Source of the DNA: Nitrospirota bacterium
GTDB taxonomy: Bacteria; Nitrospirota; UBA9217
Direction: 5' to 3'
DNA: 64,000 bases
Assembly: GCA_963741205.1 (NCBI GenBank)
Contig: CAVUHW010000013.1
Span: 1-64,000, forward strand
The stretch's first letter is position 1, and every line of letters starts with the position of its first letter. The notes below the pieces were generated by a model. That model was not told where the DNA came from. It was given only the letters and a program-made list of their open reading frames with translations, and did not search any database. Shown piece after piece: positions 55,584 through 64,000 of this stretch. A program made the translations under genes and the position numbers.

Positions 55584-56087
55584 ATGGACCTTCTAGAAGG
55601 AATATACACCCGCAGGAGCATCCGGCAATATACGGACCAGCCTGTCGAGCGGGAGCAGCTGCTCGAGATCATCAAGGCCGGGACCTGGGCTCCTTCGGGA
55701 ATGAACAACCAGCCTTGGCGGTTCGTGATCGTCACGAGCGCTCAAGTCAGGAAAGACCTTGCGAAGCACACCAGGTACAACTTCATCATCGAGCGAGCGC
55801 CGGCATGCATCGCGGTTTTTGTGGACAGGACTGCCATGTATAACGACGTCAAGGACCATCAGTCCATGGGGGCCTGCATCCAGAACATGCTGCTCGCCGC
55901 TCATGCCCTCGGCCTGGGAGCTGTCTGGCTCGGCGAGATACTGAGGAATGCGGATGGAGTGCGTGTGCTTCTTGGGTTGCCGCAGGATATGGAACTCATG
56001 GCGGTGGTGGCGTTCGGGCATCCTGCTTCTCCGAAGCACTCGTCGAAACGCAAAGACGTATCCGAAGTACTGATCAAAGAGTTGTAG
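55584..56087 (+). CDS. Nitroreductase family protein
   Basis: RRSIRQY, APSGMNNQPWRF and QNMLLAAHALGLG motifs. Confidence 0.93.
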   Translation: MDLLEGIYTRRSIRQYTDQPVEREQLLEIIKAGTWAPSGMNNQPWRFVIVTSAQVRKDLAKHTRYNFIIERAPACIAVFVDRTAMYNDVKDHQSMGACIQNMLLAAHALGLGAVWLGEILRNADGVRVLLGLPQDMELMAVVAFGHPASPKHSSKRKDVSEVLIKEL

Positions 56088-56139
56088 TTTTCTCCGTGGC
56101 TATCGATCATCCCTGCCTGTTTAACCAATTTTCAAATCG

Positions 56140-56256
56140 CTCATATAACCGCTCGTCATCCCCGAAAGCTTCTATCGGGGATCTGGTTTCCCAAACGATA
56201 AAACCGGATTCCCGCTCAGAATCTCTGCGGGAATGACGCGAGGTGGAGTTATAGAG
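56140..56256. repeat. CGTC-type REP doublet (core 56155-56237) with outer inverted repeats
   Basis: GTCATCCCCGA..TCGGGGATC...GGATTCCCGC..GCGGGAATGAC, flanked by CTCATATAAC/GTTATAGAG. Confidence 0.85.
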
Positions 56257-56311
56257 GGGCCCATTTGCTATAATAATTTCAGGCCCGCATCACGCAGTTA
56301 TGGAAAAATCT

Positions 56312-57343
56312 ATGAAAGCCATGGTGCTCAAAAAAACCTCCGACCTCACCGAAAACCGGTCTCCCCTTGAACCGGTCGATCTGCCGGTCCCCGTCCCCAC
56401 GGAGCATGAAATCCTCATCAAGGTTTCGGTCTGCGGAGTTTGCCACACGGAGCTGGACGAGATCGAGGGAAGGACGCCGCCTACGAAACTTCCAATCATC
56501 CCCGGCCACCAGATCGTCGGCCGGGTTGTGCAAGGGGGGAGCAGGACCGATATGTTCAAGATCGGCGCAAGAGTCGGCGTTGCTTGGATTCACTCCGCCT
56601 GCGGAAAGTGCATATTCTGCGCGAGCGGCCAGGAGAATCTCTGTGAGAAGTTCAAGGCCACGGGGAGAGACGCGGATGGCGGGTATGCGGAGTATGCCGC
56701 AGTCCCTGAAGCATTCGCCTACGAGATACCTCAGGTCTTCAGCGACGCCGAGGCAGCCCGCTCTTCTGTGCGCAGGGGCCATCGGCTATCGTTCGCTCCG
56801 TCTGGCAGATATGAGGGACGGAGACAATATCGGGCTTACGGGATTCGGCGCATCCGCCCATCTCGTGCTGAAGATGGTCCGATATCTCTATCCACAATCA
56901 AAGGTCTTTGTCTTCTCCCGCACGGAAGGCGAGCGGCAATTCGCCAAAGAGCTCGGCGCTGTCTGGTCGGGAGACGTTGGGGAGGAATCGCCGGAGAGGC
57001 TTCGCGCCGTCATCGACACAACTCCCGCCTGGAGGCCCGTGGTCGAGGCGATGAGGAACCTTGCAGAGGGGCGGGAGGCTTGTGATCAACGCGATCCGGA
57101 AGGAAGACCGGGACAAAGAATCACTGCTCGCGCTTGATTACTCCGCGCGATCTCTGGATGGAGAAGGAGATCAAGAGCGTGGCGAACATCACGAGAAAAG
57201 ATGTCGAGGAGTTCCTTGCGCTTGCCGGGAAGATTGGGATCAAGCCTGAGGTCCAGGAATATCTGCTAGAAGATGCGAATACCGCGCTTTTAGAATTGAA
57301 AGAACGGAAGATACGGGGAGCGAAGGTGCTCAGGATCGGATGA
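56312..57343 (+). CDS. Zinc-dependent alcohol dehydrogenase family protein (frameshifted)
   Basis: CGVCHTE, PGHQ, CGKC..C..C, LCAGAIGY and GFGASA motifs. Confidence 0.9.
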
Positions 57344-57346
57344 ATC

Positions 57347-58637
57347 TCAGTCCGTCCGAACCATCTCCGCGACGCATTCAATGTGATAGGTATAGGGGAA
57401 CATGTCCACAGGCTGGAGCCGGTCCAGACGGAAGCCGAAGAGGTGAAAGAATTTCAGGTCCCGGGCCAGGGTGGAGGGGTTGCACGAGACATAAATGATC
57501 TTCTGCGGGACGAAGGCGAGGACGCGTTCAAGGGTTTTCAGGGTCGCGCCGGCGCGGGGCGGGTCGAGCACGATTACTTCCGAACGCATTTTGCGCTGGA
57601 TCAGCGTTTTTAATCCTTTTTGCAGGTCGTCGGCGATGAATTCCGCGTTGGTGATGTTGTTCAATGCGGCGTTCGCCTTTGCGTCATCGATGGCTGCGTA
57701 GCCCGATTCGATACCGATGACCGCTTTGGCCTTTTGCGCGAGGGGGAGGGAGAAATTGCCGATGCCGCAGTAGAGGTCGAGTACGGTCTCTTCACCGGAA
57801 AGCGCGGCAAAATCAAGGACCGTCTTGACCATGTTCCTGTTCTGTTCCCAGTTGACCTGGAAAAAATTCCCTTCCGTAGCGTGGAGCTTAAGCCCCCCGA
57901 GCTCGAGCGCGAGCTGGTTCCTGCCGAGGGCAGAGACCTTCTTCCTGTTTGCGAAGCCGGAGATGCCGATCACTTCCGGGACCACTTTCCCGAGGTCCGT
58001 AAAAAAGGCCTCCAGCGAAGGCAGCGTGTCCTGCTCGCTGAACAACAGCACGTGCACGTCTCCCGAAGGGGTGGCATTGATATGAATCTCCGCGAGCGGC
58101 GGCAGCCGGTCGGCCAGCATCCGTACACCCTTGAGGGTTTTGTTGATGAGGGGATTTATCAGAAAGGCGTCGTCGACCTCGATAAGGTCGTAGGAGCCCT
58201 GCCGGAAAAAGCCGATCCGCTGTTTTCCTCCCGATGTCCTGACATTGAACTGCGTTCTCAGGCGGTAATGGTCAATGCGGGGAGAGGAAATGACGGGAAG
58301 GGGACGCTTCGGTGTTATCCCTCCGATCCTCGCGAGCGTGTCCAGCAGGATCTCCTGCTTGAAGGCAAGCTGAGCCGGGTACGAGATGTGCGGCCACGTC
58401 GCGCCGGTGCATTGTTTTTCCCCGTTGCACGGGGGGGAGATGCGGTCCTTTGACGGTGTGATGACCTCGACGAGGTTTGCTTCCAGGAACCCTTTCCGCT
58501 TGCGCCTGATCTCGATCCGCACCCGCTCGCCGGGAAGCGACCCCGGAAACGAACACAGCCTGACCGCTTTCCAGCCGCGCCAGGCCGCTTCCGCCGTGCA
58601 CGAGTTTTTCGACGATGACCTCTGCATGTTCCTTCAT
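57347..58637 (-). CDS. rlmD: 23S rRNA (uracil-C5)-methyltransferase, RlmD family (5' frameshifts)
   Basis: TRAM-like N-terminus, FFQVN, DLYCGIG, LDPPRAG, YVSCNP and DMFP motifs. Confidence 0.9.
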
Positions 58638-58987
58638 CCCAGGATTTTCTTGACGGTTTCCCGCAGCAGGTCCGTATCCGCCGATTTTACAATATACGCG
58701 TCGGAACACCAGCTCCCGAAATCATGCTTGTAATCTTCATAGGCCGTGCAGATGATGACCGGGAGGGTGCTGTCTTTTTCCTTCATCTTGCGCAACGTCT
58801 CGATCCCGTCCATATCGGGCATGCGCATGTCGAGCGTGACGAGGTCGAATTTGGCCGCTTCCATCGCCCCGAGTGCCTGTACGCCGTCTGCGACCGTGGT
58901 CACGGCAAACCCCATATCTTCAAACTCCTCTTTATAGAGCTCCCGGATATTCGCTTCATCATCGACAACCAGAATCTTTTTCATCAT
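58634..58987 (-). CDS. Single-domain response regulator
   Basis: VVDDE, LDMRMPDMDG, CTAY and conserved K. Confidence 0.93.
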   Translation of the reverse strand: MMKKILVVDDEANIRELYKEEFEDMGFAVTTVADGVQALGAMEAAKFDLVTLDMRMPDMDGIETLRKMKEKDSTLPVIICTAYEDYKHDFGSWCSDAYIVKSADTDLLRETVKKILG

Positions 58988-59146
58988 TGCCTCCTTACCT
59001 GCAGTGAGCCTCTGGTTTACTAAAACTTTTTTTCGACTTTGCTCGCGCTAACGTAACAGGAAAACGCTGACATACTATTGTATGACCTTAATTGAATGCC
59101 CAGTCATTAATCTACTCTAACATGATATTACCGCGCCATGCACAGT

Positions 59147-61540
59147 TCAAGCCTTCTTTTCCTCCGGCTTTGGGATGGGCAGTTTGATCGTGAAAACAGC
59201 CCCCCCGCCTTCCTTGTTACGCAACTCTATCTTTCCGCGGTGGGCCTTTATGATCCTGTTGGTAATGGGTAGGCCCAGGCCGGTGCCGCGCGGTTTGGTG
59301 GTGTAATAAGGGTTGAAGACATTGTGCATGGTCTTCGACGAAATGCCGGGCCCCGTATCACCGAATTCCACCGAGGCCTCCCTCCTATCTTCCGAAAGAA
59401 AGGTCCTGACCGTCAGCGTTCCGCCGTTCTCCATGGCTTCCATGGCGTTCTTCAAAATATTGATGACTGCCTGCTTGATCTGTTGCGGGTCGATCAAGAG
59501 CGCGGGGAGGTCCGGAGACAACTCTCTGCACAAGGCGTATGCGGCGATTGGTCAATTCGTCCTCATAGAGCAGGAAAACGTCCTGGAGCAGGGCGTTCAT
59601 GTCGGTAAGGGCGAACTGCGGGGCCGTCTCCTTGATGTACGTCAGGTTGTCATGGATGATCCCCTCGAGGCGCGAGACTTCGCTCAGGATGATATCGATG
59701 TACTTTTTCTCCTCGCCGTGCTGCATTTTTTTCCCGAGCCGCCGCGTGAACCCGCCGATGGAGACAAGGGGGTTCCTGATCTCATGGGTGATCTCCGCCA
59801 TCATGGCCCCGAGGGCCGCCATTTTTTCAGACTGCACGAGCTGCTCATGGAGGGCTCGCATGTCCTTGTTCATGGTTTCGAGATTCGTGTGGATGATGGC
59901 GTTTTCTATGGCAAGGGCCGACTGATGCGCGAACATGGTGAGGAACCGGACGTCCCGGTCGGTGATGGGACGCTGATTGAACATGTTGTCAACGAGGATG
60001 ACGCCGATGACGCGGTCTTTCGCCACGAGCGGCACCGTCGCGAAGCTGTTGACTGCCAGCAGATTCCGGAGATACTTCGGGACAATCGGATCCGACGCAG
60101 CGTCGGTGATATTGTAGGGTTTCTTGTCGAGCACCGTAAGGGCGAGGACCCCTTCGTTCGGGTCGAGGACGATCCTCATGCCGCGCGCGAGGTCGTTCAA
60201 CGCAGAATCCCGGTGTTCGAAGAGGTCGCCGGTCTGGATCCATTCCATGAGGCTCTTGTGCTTGCCCGACACCTCGCTCCAGGCCCTGCCTGCCTCTTCC
60301 CAGCTCGTCGGGCCGACCCCCATCATTCCCTGGAGCGTGTTGGATCGTTCATTGGTGAGAAGGAGGATCGCCCGGTTGAAGCCCAGGCCTGAGCCGCCCA
60401 TGGTGGCCGCCGTCAGGATGATCCGGAGCAGGCGGTCGAGGTTCAGGGTCGTGCTCATGGCCGTACCGATGTCGTTGAGGATGGCGAGTTCCTGAGCGCG
60501 GGTCCGCGCCTCGGTCGCAAGGTCTTCCATGCGTTCGTACATCGCGGCGTTTTCGACCGCCACGGCGGCGCCGCTCGCCACGGTGGTCAGGAAATGCAGG
60601 TCGTCCTCGTGAAAACGGCTGTCCCTCCTTTTTGTTGTAGACCGTGATGATCCCGATCACCTTGTCGCGGTACAGCAGGGGAACGCTGATGACGGAGCAG
60701 GCGCTGTCGGCCGGGCACTCCGCAAGGGAGGAATCCCCGCGGATGTCCTGGATCAGAAGCGGCTGCTTTTCCCGCGCTACCCGGTCTGTCACGGCAAGAT
60801 CGATCTTTGCATCGACGCTCGTGATGGCGTCCCCGGTCACGCTGTAGGATGCAAAGTCTGTATGGGACGCGATTTCCGGAAGGTTCATGAGTCGGATGGT
60901 GCAGCCCTGGGCACGAAGGGACTGTGCGCTGTTCTTAGCGATCGAGCGACAAGAGCTGCTCGAGGTCGAGGGTGGAGGTGAGCGCCATGCCTATCTCGTA
61001 AATCGTAGCGAGCTCGGACAGGCGGTCCTGGATGTTCTGGATCAGCTGGGTGCTCTTGATCACGCCGCTGACCTGGTTCGCCGTTGTCGTGAGCAGCGTG
61101 AGGTCCGCTGACGTGGCCTGCCAGGTTGATGCGGAGAGCACGAAGATTACGCCGAGGCAGCGGTCCTCGTCCATGATGGGCGCGGCCACGAGGGACTTGA
61201 ATTTGCCGATTCCTGATTCCGGCACGTACTGGAACCGCGGGTCCGAATAGGGGTCCTCGAGCGCGAGCGGCACTTTTTGCTCGGCCACCCATCCCGCAAT
61301 GCCCATGCCGAGCGGAAAGCTCATCCTGCCGATCGGCTCCTGATTCAGCCCGACTGCCGCGGCGAGCGTGACGGTTTTTCCCGAGCGGTCGATAAGGAAG
61401 ACGGACGCCCCGTCCCTGCCCATGCCGCGCGCGACGAGCTCGACGATGCGCCGGAGCTTCTCCGTGAGGCCGATGGCCGAGTTCGATATCCGGCTGATCT
61501 CGCTCAAGATGCCGAGTTCTGTTTTTTCGAGCGCTTCCAT
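59147..61540 (-). CDS. Triple-GAF cytoplasmic histidine kinase, NtrB-like core (frameshifted)
   Basis: Three GAF-like segments, THEIRNPL H-box, NAMEA, DTGPG and GTGLGL motifs. Confidence 0.88.
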
Positions 61541-61547
61541 GGTGATC

Positions 61548-61628
61548 CGCAGGGTCAAGCCGCATGGGGCAAGGGTCAAGTTTGTTTTCCCTTGCAACGT
61601 GCTCCTTGCTACATGCCCCTTGCTCCTA
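61548..61628. repeat. Heptamer-repeat hairpin, (GCAAGGG)n / (CCTTGCT)n
   Basis: GCATGGG GCAAGGG ... CCTTGCA ACGTGCT CCTTGCT ACATGCC CCTTGCT. Confidence 0.7.
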
Positions 61629-63071
61629 TTCCTTCCTCATCGTCTTCCGGTATACCTTCACGTATTCCTGTGCCGAGTTTTTCCAGGAAAAATCCTGCTT
61701 CATGCCGGTCCGCATCAAGAGCGTCCATTTTTCCCGGTTGCCGTAAACTACGAGCGCCCGCCGCAGACAAGCAATGAGCGCCGGGGACGAATATTCCTTG
61801 AAGACAAAACCGGTCCCCCGGCTCGTCCGGCTGCCGTAGTCAACGACCGTATCAGCGAGTCCGCCGGTCTTCCTGACGACAGGCACGGCGCCGTACCGGA
61901 GCGCTATCATCTGGCCGAGCCCGCACGGCTCGTACTGTGACGGCATGAGGAACAGGTCGCATCCCGCGTAGATGTTCTTGGCGAGTTCCTCGTTGTACTG
62001 GAGGAGCACCCGCATCCGGCCTTCGTTGCGGGTGGCCGCATCGGTCAGAAGACGGTTATATTTTTCGTCTCCGGTCCCCAGAACAACGAGCTGCACACCC
62101 AAAGACAGGATTTCCGGCAGCGCCTCCGTCACGATATCGAGCCCCTTCTGGTCCACCAGGCGCGTGACCATGCCGATCAGCGGGCCTCCGGCATCCGGCA
62201 GGCCGAGACGCTTGAGGAGTTCCTTCTTGCATACGGCCTTGCCGGCAAGACGAGAGGCACTGAAGGATCGCGGCAGGTCTCCTGCCCGGCCGGGGTCCCA
62301 CTCTGCGTAGTCGATCCCATTCAGGATGCCGTAGAGGTCCGCGGCGCGCTTCCTGAGAACGCCATCCAGGCCGCCGCCGTATTCGGGCGTCTGGATTTCA
62401 CGGCTGTAGGTACGGCTCACGGTCGTGATGCTGTCGGCATACACCAAGCCGGCCTTGAGCAGGTTCATCTTTCCCCAGAACTCGAGTCCCCCGGGCGTGA
62501 ACACGTCCCAGTCAAGACCGGTGAGTTTCATGTCCCAGTGCCAGAACAGGCCCTGATAGCCGATGTTGTGCACCGTGAAGACCGACCTTGCTTTGCGAAG
62601 CGCCGCGTCCGCATGGTAGATTTTTTTCAGATAGAGCGGCACGAGCCCGGTCTGCCAGTCATTGCAGTGCACGATGTCGGGTCGCAGGTTCAGGGCGATG
62701 CAGAGCTCCAGGACGGCGCGCGAAAAAAAAATGAAGCGTTCGGCATTGTCGGCATAGTCGGCCCGGGCCGTACCGTAGAGTTCGGGCCGGTCGTAATAAA
62801 CGTCCTTGTTGATGAAATAGACCGTGACATTCCTGCCCATTTTGCCCTTGAGCACGTCGCACCGCTCCCGCCATGTCCCGAGGGGAACGACGAATGAGGC
62901 AACCGGCTTGAGCTTGTATGCATCGACGTCCACCTGCCGGTAGCGCGGCATGACGACGCTCACGTCATGGCCCAGATCCGCGAGGGCCGGTGGAAGGCTT
63001 CCGGCAACGTCCGCCAGCCCGCCGGTCTTCGCGAAAGGCGCCGCCTCAGAGGCGGCAAAGAGGATTTTCAT
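61626..63071 (-). CDS. glgA: Glycogen synthase
   Basis: KTGGLADV, HCNDWQT, TVHN, EPCGL and TGGLADTV motifs. Confidence 0.97.
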   Translation of the reverse strand: MKILFAASEAAPFAKTGGLADVAGSLPPALADLGHDVSVVMPRYRQVDVDAYKLKPVASFVVPLGTWRERCDVLKGKMGRNVTVYFINKDVYYDRPELYGTARADYADNAERFIFFSRAVLELCIALNLRPDIVHCNDWQTGLVPLYLKKIYHADAALRKARSVFTVHNIGYQGLFWHWDMKLTGLDWDVFTPGGLEFWGKMNLLKAGLVYADSITTVSRTYSREIQTPEYGGGLDGVLRKRAADLYGILNGIDYAEWDPGRAGDLPRSFSASRLAGKAVCKKELLKRLGLPDAGGPLIGMVTRLVDQKGLDIVTEALPEILSLGVQLVVLGTGDEKYNRLLTDAATRNEGRMRVLLQYNEELAKNIYAGCDLFLMPSQYEPCGLGQMIALRYGAVPVVRKTGGLADTVVDYGSRTSRGTGFVFKEYSSPALIACLRRALVVYGNREKWTLLMRTGMKQDFSWKNSAQEYVKVYRKTMRKE

Positions 63072-63096
63072 AGCTCGATGGACTCAGGAGAAATTT

Positions 63097-63231
63097 TCAC
63101 CGCAGAGGACGCACCCTGCATTCGCGGTTCCACTCATAAGCGCCGGGCGCAGTCAGGGGCTGCAGAGAAAAGATTTTAGATTCAATATTCAAGATTTAAA
63201 TCTTGGCGCATTCCGCGTCGTCTGCGGTAAA
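63097..63231. repeat. ACCGCAGAGGACGC/GCGTCGTCTGCGGT palindromic repeat carrying a 42-bp micro-element
   Basis: Left arm interrupted at 63112-63153 by CACCCTGCATTCGCG...GGGCGCAGT. Confidence 0.7.
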
Positions 63232-63248
63232 TTCGCGTTTTGCCCGTA

Positions 63249-64000
63249 TCACAATTTTATTTCCCGCAGGAACTTCGCCGCGTCCTCCGGAGGGGTGGGA
63301 TTGATGTAGAACCCCGATCCCCATTCGAAGCCGGCGACATTCGTCAGCTTGGGCATGAGTTCGATATGCCAGTGGTAGTAGTCGTTGCGTTCGTCGCGGA
63401 ACGGCGCGGTATGGATCACATAGTTGTACGGCGGGTTCGAGAGCGCCCGGTCGAGCCGGATGAGGACGTTCTGCAGGAGGCCCGCAAGGTCCTTGAAGTC
63501 GTCGTTTGTCGAACATGCGTAGCAGGAGAGGTGCGTCTTGGGCATGATCCAGGTCTCGAAGGGGAAGCGCGGCGCGTAGGGCGCAAGGGCTATAAAGTGC
63601 GGCGACTCAAGGACGATGCGCGTCCTGGTCTGCATTTCCTGCCGGATGATATCACAGAAGATGCACCGTTCCTTAAGGTCGTAATGCCGCTTGCAGCCTT
63701 CGATCTCCTCCTGCACCTGAATCGGCACGATCGGCAGGGCAATGAGCTGTGAATGCGTATGCTCCAGTGTCGCGCCTGCGATGATCCCCTCGTTCTTGAA
63801 TATCAGGGTGTATTGAAAACGGGTGTCTTTTTTCAGGTCCTCCATGCGGTCCCGGTAGGCCCAGAGCACCTCTTCCATCGCCTTTCTCGGCAGAGTCGCC
63901 AGCGTGGCGTCGTGGTCCGGGCTTTCAATGATCACCTCGTGCGCGCCGATGCCGTTCATCTTGTCGAAGATGCCCTCGCCGGCCTTGTTGAGGTCGCCCT
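63249..64000 (-). CDS. galT: GalT-family nucleotidyltransferase; 5' end lies outside the window
   Basis: GAHEVIIE, GATLEHTHSQ (HxHxQ), CIFCD, HWHIE and AGFEWG motifs. Confidence 0.9.
   Translation of the reverse strand, partial: GDLNKAGEGIFDKMNGIGAHEVIIESPDHDATLATLPRKAMEEVLWAYRDRMEDLKKDTRFQYTLIFKNEGIIAGATLEHTHSQLIALPIVPIQVQEEIEGCKRHYDLKERCIFCDIIRQEMQTRTRIVLESPHFIALAPYAPRFPFETWIMPKTHLSCYACSTNDDFKDLAGLLQNVLIRLDRALSNPPYNYVIHTAPFRDERNDYYHWHIELMPKLTNVAGFEWGSGFYINPTPPEDAAKFLREIKL

Overview
Ordinary bacterial chromosomal window of moderately high GC. A Nitrospirota/Desulfobacterota-like origin is my impression from gene content and is not verified. I found no rRNA, tRNA, CRISPR array or intact transposase/integrase. 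Content in order: a stress/detox patch (kinase, DUF116, F420-type oxidoreductase, VOC, a C-terminal CxxCH lipoprotein, DUF1579); two convergent orphan histidine kinases; ybaK, a radical SAM protein, GGT and an aminotransferase; an EmrAB-TolC pump; a standalone LigD phosphoesterase and an MBL hydrolase; a 2-methylcitrate operon (prpB-prpC-prpD-acnA, then prpE) preceded by a sigma54 promoter, IHF site and enhancer-like repeats, with a PAS-PAS sigma54 activator 5 kb away; malQ and a DinG/YoaA helicase; amidase-GerMN-murI, folC-lptD-cutA, M23, csp, ArsR and secA; a CN hydrolase, nitroreductase and ADH; and galT-glgA-kinase-RR-rlmD. Many genes, including the normally essential secA, lptD and folC, are broken by 1-2 nt indels. 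These look like sequencing errors, so coordinates of joined genes are approximate. The most unusual signal is non-coding: at least four families of small palindromic intergenic repeats, plus a ~43-bp micro-element (CACCCTG...GCAGG) that sits inside those repeats and, twice, inside a copy of itself at the same position.
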